Assembly (NCBI GenBank): GCA_038801785.1
Contig: JAULTD010000001.1
Span: forward strand, 441,568 to 505,567
DNA: 64,000 nt
Reading direction: 5' to 3'
DNA from: Candidatus Methanomethylicaceae archaeon GD_Cm_T35_P0_bin.15
Lineage (GTDB): Archaea; Thermoproteota; Methanomethylicia; Methanomethylicales; Methanomethylicaceae
Shown here piece after piece: positions 8,382 to 20,351 of this stretch (within the stretch, counting starts at the first letter, position 1; each line of letters opens with the position of its first letter). The notes beneath the pieces are model-generated. The model searched no databases and was not told where the DNA came from. It saw only the letters and a program-made list of their open reading frames with translations. A program made the translations under genes and the position numbers.

Positions 8382-11059
8382 TGCCTCTTGCCTCCGGTCC
8401 CTGTCCCGATCCCGGTGCTCAGAACCTTCTCTATAATCTTGTCCACGTTGACCGCCTTCCCGTGGTCGCTCTTCGCCGGATCCACGCCATCGTCGCCGTA
8501 CTTGAACTGGATGATCGACCCGTCAGTCCCCCGGACGGTGCCGTCGTACTCCACGCGGACGTCCTGGAGGGCGTTGATGAGCCTCCTTTGCATATAGCCG
8601 CTCTGGCTGGTCCTGACGGCGGTGTCTACAAGCCCCTCTCTCCCTCCCATCGCGTGGAAGAAGAACTCGATGGGGTCGAGCTTGTCCTTGTAGCTGCTGT
8701 ACACGAACCCGTGCGCCTTCGCGCCTAGGTCCCTCGGCTTGAAGTGAGGGAGGGTGCGGTTCTGGTAGCCGCGCGTGATCCGCTCGCCCCGGACGGACTG
8801 CTGGCCTACGCAGGCGACCATGTGCGCCAAGTTCATGAGGCTCCCCCTTGCGCCTGTCCGAGACATGAGGAGGGCGGTATTCCCTTCTTTCAGGTACTGG
8901 CTCGCGATGTCGCCCGCCTTCTCCCTCGCCTCCTCCAGCTCCTGCATGATCTTGGTCTCGAGCGTCTCCTCGAGGGTCCTGCCAGGGAGCCTGTCGAGCA
9001 GGCCCTGGTCGTAGATCTCGATCAGCTTGGCGGTCTTGCTCTCGGCCTCGCTGATGACCGCCCTGATCTTCTCCTTCCCCTCGGCGGGGAGGTCCTCTTC
9101 GTCGAGCCCTATGGTCAGGCCCTTGCTGTCGATGTAGCCCAGGAAGAGCCTGAACGCCTTGTCGATATAGTCCCTGCCGACGTCCGTGCCGTAGTCCTTG
9201 ACGAGCCTGTGGAGGACGCTCTCCGGCTGACTGGCGCCGATCGACTTCTTGTCGAGGACGCCGCCGAGGAGCTGGCCGTCCCTGATTATGACGTAGGCGT
9301 CGTGCTCGCATTCCTCCTTCTTGCACTTGGGGCACTTCTCGCAGACATTCGACTTGAGCGAGTAGTTGAAGCCCTTCGGGAAGAAGAGGCTCGCGAGCTG
9401 CTTGCCAGTCCACCTCTCCTCCGGAGAGGTTATCGCAGGCGGCGGGAGCCCGCCGGTATAGCCGGCCTCGGTCAGGAGCTGGCAGGCCTCCTCGCGGGTG
9501 AGGGTCGTGCTCTTCCTCGTCAGCATGTAAGCGCCGGAGATATAGTCCTGGATCGCGCCCATGATGGGGCCGCCGTACCTCGGGGAGAGTATCTGCTCCT
9601 GGACGAGCATAAGGACGAGGGCCTCGGCCCTGGCCTCCTCGCTCTGAGGGACGTGGAGGTTCATCTCGTCCCCGTCAAAGTCGGCGTTGTAGGGGGGGCA
9701 GACGCAGAGGTTGAGCCTGAAGGTCTTGTACGGGAGGACCCTGACCCGGTGCGCCATTATTGACATCCTGTGGAGCGAGGGCTGCCTGTTGAACATGACG
9801 ATGTCCCCGTCCTTGACGTGCCTCTCGACGATGTAGCCCACCTCGACAGAGTCGGCTACGACCTTGCGATCCTTCGGGAACCTCAGGTCTATGCGCCTCC
9901 CGTCGGGCCGGATGATGTAGTTGGCGCCGGGGTTGATGTCAGGCCCGTTCTCTATGAGTTTCCGCATCGCCTCGATGTTGAAGTGGTTGATCCGCTCGGG
10001 GATGGTGAGGAGTTTGGCTATGTCGACGGGGACCCCCACCTCGTTCATGCTGATGAGGGGGTCTGGGGAGATGACCGTCCGCGCGGAGAAGTCGACGCGC
10101 TTGCCCGAGAGGTTCGACCTGAACCTTCCCTCCTTGCCCTTGAGGCGCTGGGCTATGGTGCGGAGCGGCCTGCCGGACCTGTGCCTCGCCGGCGGGATGC
10201 CCGAGGTCTCGTTGTCGAAGTAGGTGGTGACGTGGTACTGGAGCAGCTCCCAGAGATCCTCTATGATCAGCTGGGGCGCGCCCGCATCTATGTTCTCCTT
10301 GAGGCGCTCGTTGATCCTGATGATGTCGACGAGCTTGTGGGTGAGGTCGTCCTCCGACCTGACGCCCGACTCGAGTGTGATCGACGGCCTCACCGACGAC
10401 GGCGGGACCGGAAGGACAGTGAGGACCACCCACTCGGGCCTCGCCAGCTCGGGGTTCAGGCCGACAAGGGCGGCGTCCTCGTTGGTCACCCTCTCGAGGC
10501 GGGAGCGTATCTCGTTCGCGGCGAGCTTGACGTTCCCCTCCTCGTGCTCCTCGTAGTAGGTGGTCGGCTTCTCGAACTTGATCTTGAACTGCTTCTCCCC
10601 GCAGTAGGGGCACTCGCCGATCTTGGTGGCCTTCTTCATTATCCGCTCTGCCAGCTTGAACCTGAGCTGCGGCCACCTGTGCTTGTAGTGCTCGGTGAGA
10701 CGGGTGTACCTGTCGTGGTCCTCCTTCGAGAGGATGAGCCTGCCGCAGTTCCAGCAGGTGGCCCTGATCATGAGGTAGACGAGCTTGGCGAAGCCGGGGT
10801 GGATGACGGGGCGGGCGAGCTCGATGTGGCCGAAGTGGCCCGGGCACTGCCCGACGCGGTTCCCGCAGGTCTGGCACTTCTGCCCGGGCTCGATCGTCCC
10901 GAGGCGTCTGTCCATAAGGCCGGCGTCGATGGGCACGCCGTCCTCGTCGTATGTATCCGCCGTGATGATATTGACCACGGACATCTTCCGTATGTCATCG
11001 GGCGACAGGAGGCTGAACCTGATCGCCTTGATGGATTTGGTGATCTCTGCTAGAGACAT
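8378..11059 (-). CDS. rpoA1: DNA-directed RNA polymerase subunit A'
   Basis: 893 aa. Zinc-binding '[17 protein letters not shown]'. Catalytic '[10 protein letters not shown]' motif. Confidence 0.97.
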   Translation of the reverse strand: MSLAEITKSIKAIRFSLLSPDDIRKMSVVNIITADTYDEDGVPIDAGLMDRRLGTIEPGQKCQTCGNRVGQCPGHFGHIELARPVIHPGFAKLVYLMIRATCWNCGRLILSKEDHDRYTRLTEHYKHRWPQLRFKLAERIMKKATKIGECPYCGEKQFKIKFEKPTTYYEEHEEGNVKLAANEIRSRLERVTNEDAALVGLNPELARPEWVVLTVLPVPPSSVRPSITLESGVRSEDDLTHKLVDIIRINERLKENIDAGAPQLIIEDLWELLQYHVTTYFDNETSGIPPARHRSGRPLRTIAQRLKGKEGRFRSNLSGKRVDFSARTVISPDPLISMNEVGVPVDIAKLLTIPERINHFNIEAMRKLIENGPDINPGANYIIRPDGRRIDLRFPKDRKVVADSVEVGYIVERHVKDGDIVMFNRQPSLHRMSIMAHRVRVLPYKTFRLNLCVCPPYNADFDGDEMNLHVPQSEEARAEALVLMLVQEQILSPRYGGPIMGAIQDYISGAYMLTRKSTTLTREEACQLLTEAGYTGGLPPPAITSPEERWTGKQLASLFFPKGFNYSLKSNVCEKCPKCKKEECEHDAYVIIRDGQLLGGVLDKKSIGASQPESVLHRLVKDYGTDVGRDYIDKAFRLFLGYIDSKGLTIGLDEEDLPAEGKEKIRAVISEAESKTAKLIEIYDQGLLDRLPGRTLEETLETKIMQELEEAREKAGDIASQYLKEGNTALLMSRTGARGSLMNLAHMVACVGQQSVRGERITRGYQNRTLPHFKPRDLGAKAHGFVYSSYKDKLDPIEFFFHAMGGREGLVDTAVRTSQSGYMQRRLINALQDVRVEYDGTVRGTDGSIIQFKYGDDGVDPAKSDHGKAVNVDKIIEKVLSTGIGTGTGGKRQ

Positions 11060-11119
11060 CTTTCTCTCATCTCGCTCCTTTCACTATTGTTACAGCTGCC
11101 GGTATCAGTGCCGGCACCA

Positions 11120-11215
11120 CTGCTGATGCGGGCGCAGGTGTAGGCGAAGGTGCAGGCACAGGCACATGTACAGGCATAGGTGCAGGCATAGGCATAGGTA
11201 CAGGTGCAGGTGACA
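11120..11215. repeat. Hexanucleotide (RYAGGY) tandem repeat array of ~13 units in the 161-nt rpoB-rpoA' spacer
   Basis: 'gcaggt gtaggc gaaggt gcaggc acaggc acatgt acaggc ataggt gcaggc ataggc ataggt acaggt gcaggt'. Confidence 0.9.
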
Positions 11216-11220
11216 AGGCT

Positions 11221-14200
11221 TCACACCCTCTCCGAGAGCTTCAGGCGGGGCGCTATCCCCAGGCTCATGAGCTCCTGCAGGAGGAGCTTGAAGGCGTAGG
11301 ACATGACGACGGGGGTGCTCTTCGCCTTCTCGCCGCAGACGGGGCAGACGTGCTTGTCCTTGACCCGGTCGTAGTAGGCGATGAGCCCGCAGTCCTCACA
11401 GATATTGACCACTGTCTTGTCGGACTCGTCGAGGAGCCTCTCCTTGAGGAGCATGGCCGCTCCGTGGCCGATGAGGCAGTCCCTCTCCATCTCGCCGAAC
11501 CTGAGGCCTCCCTCCCTCGCGCGGCCCTCGGTCGGCTGCCTGGTAAGGATCTGGACCGGGCCTCGGGCCCTGGCGTGCATCTTGTCGGCCACCATGTGGT
11601 GGAGCTTGAGGTAGAAGGCGACGCCTATGAAGACCTCGGCCTCGAGGAGCCTGCCGGTCCTCCCGTCGTACATCACCTCCTTCCCGTTCGACTTGAAGCC
11701 CGCCTTAGTGAGGAGGTCCCTCATCGAGGCCTCGCTGGCGCCGCAGAAGGCTGTGCCGTCGACCGGCTGCCCGGAGACGGCGTAGGCCTTGCCGCCCAGG
11801 ACCTCGAGGAGCTGCCCTATGGTCATCCTCGATGGGATGGCGTGCGGGTTGATTATCAGGTCGGGGACTATGCCGTCCTGGGTGTAGGGCATGTCGTACT
11901 GGGGGACGAGCATCCCGACGACCCCCTTCTGGCCGTGCCTCGAGGCGAACTTGTCGCCGAGCTCGGGGACCCTCTCGTTCCTTACCCTGATCTTGACGAG
12001 CTTGTTCCCGTCCGAGGTCTCGGTCATTATCACGAGGTCGACCGTCCCGTCCTCGCCGGCCCTCATCGAGACGGAGGTCTCCCTCCGTATGGGCCCGGTG
12101 GACTCGAACTCGCGGTACTCCTCCAGGAACCTGGGGGGGCTCGTCTTGCCGACGAGGACGTCCCCTCCCTGGACTATGGACTCGGGCTCGATTATGCCGT
12201 CGTCTCCGAGGAAGCGGTAGGACTCGCTGGTGCGGTAGCCCCGGACGTTCGGGGTCGGCATCTCGATCTTGTCCTCCTGGCCGCCGGGGTACCTCCGCTC
12301 CTCGGTCTCGTAGCACCTGAAGAAGGAGGACCTGCCCAGGCCGCGTTCGACGGAGGACCTGTTCATTATGAGTGCGTCTTCTATGTTGTAGCCAGAGTAC
12401 GACAGGATCGCGACGACAAAGTTCTGCCCGGCGGGGCGCCTGTCCAAGTCTAGGATCCTGGCGCTCCGGGTGTTGACGAGCGGCCTCTGGGGGTAGTGGA
12501 GGAGGTGGCCGCGGGTATCGAGGCGCTTAGTAAAGTTGGCGGCGTAAAAGCCGAGCGACTGCTTCACCATGGCGGAGCCGTAGGTGTTCCTGGGCGACTG
12601 GTTTGCCTCCAGGAAGGGTATGAGGGAGGCGCTGATCCCGAGTATCGTGGACGGGATCACCTCCATGTGCGTGTGCTCTCCGGTGAGAGAGTCGACGTCC
12701 AGCGCGATGAGGCTGTTCTCCTCCTCCTCGGCGTCGAGGTACTCGACTATGCCCTGCAGGATTAGATCGTTCCACGTCCACTCGGAGGAGAGGCGGTCGA
12801 GGTGCTCCTTGGTCAGCCTAGGCGTCCCGCCGTCGGCGATCATGAGCGAGCGCCGAACGCGGCCGGCATCGCAGTTGATGTAGACCTCGTCGATCGTCCC
12901 GTACTTGTAGTGGGCGACGTTGACCTCGTGGTTGACCCTCCCGCGCCTCCTGAGCTTCCTTATCTCGGCGACGAGGAGCTCGGGGCGCTGGTGGATGCCG
13001 ATGAGGCGGCCGTTGAGGATGACCTTCGAGCCGGCCATCCCCTTCTTCCGGGCTGACTCGATCTGTTCGGTCTCGAGTTCGTAGAGGAGCTCCTCGATCG
13101 GCTTCTCGTCGACGCCGACCGAGATGAAGGCCATGAGTGCGAGGTTCTTGACGAGGCCGCAGTTAGGCCCCTCGGGGGTCTCGGCCGGGCAGAGGCGCCC
13201 CCACTGGGTGGAGTGGAGGTCCCTGGCCTCGAAGTGGGGCTGGCTCCTGCTCAGCGGGGAGATGATCCTGCGGAGGTGGCCGAGGGTCGAGATGTAGTTC
13301 GTCCTGTCGAGGAGCTGGCTCACGCCCGCCTTGCCGCCGACCCAGTTGCCAGTCGCGAGGGCGTGCCGCATCCTCTCGGTGATGACGTCAGCCCTGACGA
13401 GGGTCGGTATCGAGACGCGCCTGGACCTGCTCTTCGCCCTCTCGAGCTGGTACTTCATGTCCCTGCAGAAGCTCTTGAAGGCGACCCTGAAGAGGCTGGC
13501 GAGGAGGTCCCCTGCCAGTTTGAGGCGCTTGTTTGCATAGTGGTCCTTGTCGTCGGGCTTTCTCCTGCCGAGGGAGAGCTCGATGAGCTTCTCCGCCATC
13601 TGGCCGAGGTAGAGCGCCTTCTTCTTCCTGTCCGGCGCCTCCAGGCCGAGGTGGGGGAGGAGGTACTTGTCGAGGATCTGCTGGGCCCGCGAGATGCGGA
13701 AGTCGCGGGTCTGGCCGATCGCGACGCGGTTGCCGATATAGTCGAGGGCGTCCTCGACGGTGTTGATCTCCATGCCGGCCTCAAGGGTCGGGATGAGCGC
13801 CTTCTGGATGTCGGGGTCGCTCGATACGAACTCTACTATCTCCTTGTCAGAGGCGGTGCCCAGGGCCCTCATGAGGATCGAGAGGGAGATCCTCCCCGGG
13901 ATCGACGGGAACGTCACCTGGAGGCTGGTGTCCTTCATCCTCTCGAGCGTGACCGGGACGCGGAAGCCAGAGGTCGCAGAGAAGACCTTCGCGACGTGGG
14001 TGACGGGCGAGGCGCCCTCCATCACATCGACGAGGATGCGGTTGACCGCCAAGTCCTCCTGTATGACGACGACGCGCTCCGATCCGTTGATGATAAAGTA
14101 ACCTCCCGGGTCCTCGGGGTCCTCGCCCGCGCGGATGAGCTCGTCCTTGCTCATCTTCGAGAGGGCGCAGTACGCAGAGCGGACCATTATGGGGAGCTTG

Positions 14201-14556
14201 CCGATGTAGACCTCTATCGGCTCCTCCTCATAGCCGTCCTCCACCGGTATGACCGTGAGGTGCATCGACGAGGCGTAGGTGAGGTTGCGCTGCCTCGCCT
14301 CCATCGGCAGGATCTCCTTCTCGGAGCCGTCCGCCTCATGGATCGTCGGCTTGGATATCGAGAGCTTGCCCAGCTTTATCTTGTAGCCGGGGAGGTCGGT
14401 CTCGATGACGCCCTGCTCGTTGACGATCTCCTGGAGCTTGTTCCGGATAAAGTCGTCGAACGAGTCGAGGTGCTGCCTCACCAGCCCCTTCTCCTTGAAG
14501 AATGATTCTATCAGGGTCCACCTTTCATCCATACAGACAGTGCTCAACAAACTCAC
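11221..14556 (-). CDS. rpoB: DNA-directed RNA polymerase subunit B (unsplit, fused B'/B'')
   Basis: 1111 aa as a single ORF. Conserved RpoB blocks 'GDKFASRHGQKG' and 'GGLRFGEMERD'. C-terminal zinc ribbon 'CEDCG...CPVCG'. Confidence 0.97.
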   Translation of the reverse strand: MSLLSTVCMDERWTLIESFFKEKGLVRQHLDSFDDFIRNKLQEIVNEQGVIETDLPGYKIKLGKLSISKPTIHEADGSEKEILPMEARQRNLTYASSMHLTVIPVEDGYEEEPIEVYIGKLPIMVRSAYCALSKMSKDELIRAGEDPEDPGGYFIINGSERVVVIQEDLAVNRILVDVMEGASPVTHVAKVFSATSGFRVPVTLERMKDTSLQVTFPSIPGRISLSILMRALGTASDKEIVEFVSSDPDIQKALIPTLEAGMEINTVEDALDYIGNRVAIGQTRDFRISRAQQILDKYLLPHLGLEAPDRKKKALYLGQMAEKLIELSLGRRKPDDKDHYANKRLKLAGDLLASLFRVAFKSFCRDMKYQLERAKSRSRRVSIPTLVRADVITERMRHALATGNWVGGKAGVSQLLDRTNYISTLGHLRRIISPLSRSQPHFEARDLHSTQWGRLCPAETPEGPNCGLVKNLALMAFISVGVDEKPIEELLYELETEQIESARKKGMAGSKVILNGRLIGIHQRPELLVAEIRKLRRRGRVNHEVNVAHYKYGTIDEVYINCDAGRVRRSLMIADGGTPRLTKEHLDRLSSEWTWNDLILQGIVEYLDAEEEENSLIALDVDSLTGEHTHMEVIPSTILGISASLIPFLEANQSPRNTYGSAMVKQSLGFYAANFTKRLDTRGHLLHYPQRPLVNTRSARILDLDRRPAGQNFVVAILSYSGYNIEDALIMNRSSVERGLGRSSFFRCYETEERRYPGGQEDKIEMPTPNVRGYRTSESYRFLGDDGIIEPESIVQGGDVLVGKTSPPRFLEEYREFESTGPIRRETSVSMRAGEDGTVDLVIMTETSDGNKLVKIRVRNERVPELGDKFASRHGQKGVVGMLVPQYDMPYTQDGIVPDLIINPHAIPSRMTIGQLLEVLGGKAYAVSGQPVDGTAFCGASEASMRDLLTKAGFKSNGKEVMYDGRTGRLLEAEVFIGVAFYLKLHHMVADKMHARARGPVQILTRQPTEGRAREGGLRFGEMERDCLIGHGAAMLLKERLLDESDKTVVNICEDCGLIAYYDRVKDKHVCPVCGEKAKSTPVVMSYAFKLLLQELMSLGIAPRLKLSERV

Positions 14557-14559
14557 ACC

Positions 14560-14650
14560 TTTTCCTTTTGCTCTTCCCTTCTCCTTTTTCCTTCTCCTTC
14601 TCCTTCCCTCTTTCCTCTTTCCTCTCCCGTCCCCCCAGCCGCCCGAACCT
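14560..14650. repeat. ~90-bp homopyrimidine(+) tract between rpoH and rpoB
   Basis: 'ccttttccttttgctcttcccttctcctttttccttctccttctccttccctctttcctctttcctctcc'. Confidence 0.9.
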
Positions 14651-14659
14651 CGCCCCCGC

Positions 14660-14911
14660 CTAGCCCGGGACGACGTACCGGTAGGCCACGGAGCTGACGG
14701 CCACCTGGCTCTTCCGCTCTATCTTCAGAACCTCGCCGGGCTTCGCCCCGATCGCCTTGCAGACCGGGTCGCTCTTCCTTATCCACGGGAGGTCTTCCTT
14801 CCGTATGCCGTACAACCTTCTGAGCTCCTCCACTTCATCCTTCGTGAGGATCGTGAAGCGGGGGACTAGTTCATGCGACAGTATATCAAACTTGACCAAG
14901 CAGGCTCCCAC
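14660..14911 (-). CDS. rpoH: DNA-directed RNA polymerase subunit H (Rpb5 homolog)
   Basis: 83 aa. 'DILSHELVPRFTILTKDEVEELRRLYGI...LPWIRKSDPV' matches RpoH. Conserved position upstream of rpoB. Confidence 0.9.
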   Translation of the reverse strand: MGACLVKFDILSHELVPRFTILTKDEVEELRRLYGIRKEDLPWIRKSDPVCKAIGAKPGEVLKIERKSQVAVSSVAYRYVVPG

Positions 14912-15034
14912 CTGTTAATATCAGACTCCGAAAAGTGAAACACGACATAACCAGCGCCGAGGCTACAAACCAAAAAATTGAGGGTATTAATAAACCTTCC
15001 TGTAGTGCTTTGATGGGGCATACTACTCATAGAG

Positions 15035-15171
15035 TGGTCCCGCCCGCCGGACTTGAACCAGCGACCACCCGGTATTTGCCAGGCTGGCCCGGGGACATGC
15101 ACCGCCGAAGGCGAATTCCCCCGGTCGACCGAAGTCTACAGCCGGGCGCTCTACCACTGAGCTAGGGCGGG
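15035..15171 (-). tRNA. tRNA-Tyr (anticodon GUA) with a ~60-nt intron 3' of the anticodon; CCA encoded
   Basis: Cloverleaf reconstructed by hand on the minus strand. Acceptor stem CCCGCCC/GGGCGGG with C1:G72 and A73, which are archaeal Tyr identity elements. D-arm GCTC-AGTGGTA-GAGC. Anticodon stem CCCGG/CCGGG with loop CTGTAG|intron|A. T-arm GCTGG-TTCAAGT-CCGGC. Confidence 0.75.
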
Positions 15172-15215
15172 CCCAGATACAATTAATAGACCGAAATTAA
15201 AAACCTTTCCCAGCC
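15172..15215 (-). promoter_or_regulatory. Candidate archaeal TATA/BRE promoter for tRNA-Tyr
   Basis: Minus-strand 'aaaggTTTTTAATTTcgg' is centred ~-29 relative to the tRNA 5' end. Confidence 0.4.
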
Positions 15216-15289
15216 GCGCGGGGAGGGGGCGCCGGCCCTCCGTCCGGGCCGCAGACCGGTCAGGGATGCCGGGCAGGCCCCCGGCGCCC

Positions 15290-16501
<1,212 letters not shown>

Positions 16502-16544
16502 ACGATCATACTGTCGGGGGCGGGTAAATAACCTGAACGCCCGG

Positions 16545-16680
16545 GGGCGCCCGGCGGCGGCTTCAGAGTCAGAGGAAGAGCCAGAGCCAGGGTCAGAGCC
16601 AAGGTCAGGGTCAGGGTCAGCGCTGGCGCCGGCGTAAGCATCAGCGGCTACGGCAGTGGCAGCGTAAGCGTCAGCGGAAG
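16545..16680. repeat. GC-rich hexamer/nonamer microsatellite (GTCAGRGCC-like) in the htrA/transporter spacer
   Basis: 'gagccagagccagggtcagagccaaggtcagggtcagggtcagcgctggcgccggcg...'. Confidence 0.8.
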
Positions 16681-18077
16681 ATCAGCATTATCCAGAGCTG
16701 ACCGACGAGCATGGGGAGGACGCTCCCGGCTATCCCGATCCAGATCCACTTCATGAAGCGCATGTGGTAGTTGAACTGCTTCTCCATCATCCCCAGCGCC
16801 ACTATGTTGGCGGTGCTGCCGACCATCGTCATGTTCCCGCCGAAGGCGCCCCCGAAGAGGAGCGCCCACCAGAGCGGCTCCGCGAAGAAGCCGAGCTCCC
16901 CGAGGCTCTGCACCACCGGCAGCAGCGCCGCGACGAGGACGACGTTGTCTAGGAAGCCTGACCCGAACCCTGAGAACCAGAGCATGAAGGTCTCGATCTG
17001 GAGCTGGGAGGTAGCAAAGCCAGCGATCGCGCTCGCGAGCACGTCGGTCAGGCCGGTGTACTTCAGTGCGCCCGCCTTTGCGAAGAGGAACATGAAGAAG
17101 AGGAGGGTCCACCAGTCGACGCCCCTCTCGACGATGTGGTGCGCCTTCCGCCTCTTCCACGCGAGGCCCACCATCGCGCCCAAGAAAACCGCAACCAGGA
17201 GGTAGGTGAACTTCTCCACGTTGAGGAGGAGCTCGAGGCGGTAGTGTATCGCGACGAAGAAGATCGTGGTGAAGAGGAGGAGCCCGCTGATCTTGACCTC
17301 CCTCATATTTACCGAGCCGGAGTCGAGGAAGTTAGAGCTCCCGCCGTTGAGCTTCCCGGAGATCTTGACCTTCGCCTCGAGGAGGAACTTCCGGTACCAG
17401 AAGGTGCATACCACCAGGAGGACGAGGAGGGACATCAGGGACACGGGGGTGGCGTACATAATAAAGTCCTCGAAGGTCAGCCCCGCCCTGAGCCCGATGA
17501 GTATCCCGATCGGGTTGCCGAGCATCGTCGCCGAGCTGCCCACGTTAGTGGCAAGGACGGTGGAGATGACGTAGGGGAGGGGGTCGAGCTCAAAGTTTCT
17601 GCAGTACTCGAAGACGATGGCAGTGATGAATATGATGGAGGTCACCTCGTCTACCATGGCAGCCATCAGGGTGGACATGGCGAGGAGGAGGAGCATAACC
17701 TTCTTCGGGTCGTACTTCGTGACCCGGAGGAGCTTGCCGAGGAGCCACGTGAAGAAGCCGCAGTCCTTCGCGATGTCGACGAGGATCATCATCGAGACGA
17801 GGAAGACTATCACGTCGATGTTCATGAAGAGGATCATGTGCTCAATGTCGAGGGTCTGGGTGGCCAGGAGGAGGCCGATCCCCGCGAACGCGACGGCGAG
17901 CCTGAAGCTCCAGAAGAAGAGGGTCCCCAGGACTGTGGCTATGAAGATGGTCCCCGCCACGGTCTGGATAAAGTTCCCCAGGAGCGACCATAGCACTACG
18001 CCCGTCGCCAAGACGAGGGCGAGGTAGATGGCAAAGTCCCGCCTGCTCCCTACCGGTCCGGATAGTTCCTCGGCCAA
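16671..18077 (-). CDS. ArsB/NhaD-superfamily (CitMHS-like) ion transporter permease
   Basis: 468 aa with ~12 predicted TM segments. Internal two-fold repeat architecture, as in COG1055 permeases. Confidence 0.55.
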   Translation of the reverse strand: MAEELSGPVGSRRDFAIYLALVLATGVVLWSLLGNFIQTVAGTIFIATVLGTLFFWSFRLAVAFAGIGLLLATQTLDIEHMILFMNIDVIVFLVSMMILVDIAKDCGFFTWLLGKLLRVTKYDPKKVMLLLLAMSTLMAAMVDEVTSIIFITAIVFEYCRNFELDPLPYVISTVLATNVGSSATMLGNPIGILIGLRAGLTFEDFIMYATPVSLMSLLVLLVVCTFWYRKFLLEAKVKISGKLNGGSSNFLDSGSVNMREVKISGLLLFTTIFFVAIHYRLELLLNVEKFTYLLVAVFLGAMVGLAWKRRKAHHIVERGVDWWTLLFFMFLFAKAGALKYTGLTDVLASAIAGFATSQLQIETFMLWFSGFGSGFLDNVVLVAALLPVVQSLGELGFFAEPLWWALLFGGAFGGNMTMVGSTANIVALGMMEKQFNYHMRFMKWIWIGIAGSVLPMLVGQLWIMLIFR

Positions 18078-18382
18078 GTCAACGACAACCCTCTATGAGA
18101 TTCGCTTTCCTACACAATTGGGCTTTCTGTAGCTAAAAAGCTTACTATCGTTGGTAGCGCAGCACCTTTTTCGGGCTAAAAAAAGGCGGCGGACGTCTAT
18201 TTTTGACACTGGCAATTCCGCGGCGCACGGCAGTCCGGCGATCCGGATTATCCCCAGGCCGCCGTCCTTCTGAGAGGGGCGCCGCGGGGGCGGTCACGGC
18301 ATCCCGGGCCCCTGCCGGCGGTGCGGGCGTCCGGCCGAAAAAGTTAAATTAAGCTGGTCAGATGGAGAGTGAGGAAAAAGAT

Positions 18383-18509
<127 letters not shown>

Positions 18510-18761
18510 CACCTCATCGTACAGCCCACAATTATTCGTCTCCGCAAGATTCACTGTTCTTTCATTGATAAGGTTTGGCAGGGGTCTATTCCATCGCAAT
18601 AATCTTGCGAGATGTCAGGTTAAACTAGTTCATAATTATCGATCCGCGATGGTTTAAAAAGGCAAACGCTATATACCAACAGTAAAAATATTTAGCGCTA
18701 CCTCGGGGCCACGGCTACGGCAGAGACAGACAATGTTTTCAAAAGCATTACCCCCGAGGAG

Positions 18762-19507
18762 TTGGAAGCTTTCAACAAGGCTTGGCCGGAAGTCTTTGAA
18801 GCTATTGGCGATTATGTTGAGAAGATCGGACGTCTCGAAAAGGATCGCCCTACCGTGTGGAAGACTTTCCAGCAAGTAGGCAACAACCCTGATAGAATAT
18901 TTGGTTTAGTGGATCAGATGCCAAAAAGGGAGCGGGGGAAGGTTTTACGAGAGAATCGGAAAGCTTCTCATCTACATGAGCATGCTTAACAGGCTGGATA
19001 AAATGAGCGCCGATGATAAAATAGCATTAGGTATGGCAGTCAAAAATTTTGCCAGAGAATCCAAGAAGGATTGGAAGCAGTATGAGCCGGCAGGCATCGT
19101 TTGGCAAAGCCGCAGTGCGCCTGGAACCATTAGGTCCGTCAACTGTATTGCATACCACCATCCCTTCCCTGACGCAGTCGCAGTTATTGCAGCTTGATAA
19201 AGATATATACGATTTGCGTGCAGAGGTAGAGAGCCTAAGGGATGAAATAGTTCTAATGCGGCGGGAGCAAGCTATGTTTAGAGGGGTGATTGAAAAGGGG
19301 ATGGCCAGGACAGGCGATGAAGAAGTGATCAATCTGAGAGTAATCCCTGTCTCGGAAGCTAAGCCGCTAGTCGAGGAATATGTCAAGAATCATCCTGATT
19401 GCTGGACGAGCGATATCGCCATCGGGCTGGGCATTGATGTCGGAGTAGTTTTGAAAAGTCTGGAGGAGCTGCAGAATGAGCGGAAAGTCAGAGGCACAGA
19501 TCCCTGA
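18762..19507 (+). pseudogene. Gene fragmented into three successive overlapping reading frames (18762-18989, 18976-19197, 19049-19507); coiled-coil plus a C-terminal wHTH-like region; probable decayed gene of an integrated element
   Basis: Three ORFs in frames 0/+1/+2 overlap end-to-start. The region has lower GC than its flanks and lies immediately 3' of tRNA-Asp. Confidence 0.35.
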
Positions 19508-20351
19508 TGTTGGATCAAAACTGAATTTTGCGGCTGCTACGGTGCATGCCAGGAAAATACATGTCCAGCCCAAGCCAATCGGGTTAACTTCGTGCCACAG
19601 AGGGCAGTGTGCAAAATGCGATTACGGGTACATCATAACCGAGAAAAAGTGGAACGTATGGCGCTGATCGGGCGCACCTTTAACCCGCTGGAACGAAAGG
19701 GGCAGCCCCGGCATTCCGTTAACGGGTCTCCTGCATCCTGCCAGACCTTCCCTCAGCGACTATCGCGATCCGCTCTCACGAGTACCGAGGCCGCTCCCTC
19801 CGGCTGAGCAGGCAAGGTTTTCAGCCAATCCGCTGACTTCTTGACAGCATCGCGTCTTTGGGTCTTCTCGCGCTCGGCTGTTGCGGACATCTCCCAACAC
19901 GTACTTATGAACGCATCCAAACTGGTTGTTGGGGAAAGACCAGAAAAACAAAGAAAAAAGGGGCTATGGGAGACTTCCCTGCGATCAGCACTATCCCCTT
20001 CACTAAAGCGCCGACGGGATCATACGAGGAGCGTCAGGTCGGTCAGGAGCAGCTGCAGCGCGAAGGTGAGGGGGCAGGCAACGTCTGATCTACCTTGACC
20101 GCGAACCGATTATGGCCCCGACTATCAGGCCTGCTGCCGCGCCGGCGGCGATATGCCACGCCTCGCCGGCGAAGGTGAAGACCATGATGCCGGCGGCAGC
20201 CCCGAATGCGATCCCCAGCCCGCTCGCCATGGATAGGAATTTTCTGCCCATAGGTATGACGGGCCTCCGCCAGCTAATAAGGCAATAAGGTATAGCCGCG
20301 CCGATCAGGCGTGCGCCTGCGCCGTGGGTACCGGGGGCTGCGGGCATGCCG

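Noticed and set aside
9770-11053. 427-aa plus-strand ORF antisense to rpoA'. Similar long antisense ORFs are 8744-9763, 11350-12453, 13213-14505, 15266-16471, 17136-17993, 52764-54452 and 60555-62228
   Set aside because: These are shadow ORFs typical of high-GC DNA. They are rich in R/P/A/G/D, have no recognisable motifs, and are fully embedded in well-supported conserved genes on the opposite strand.
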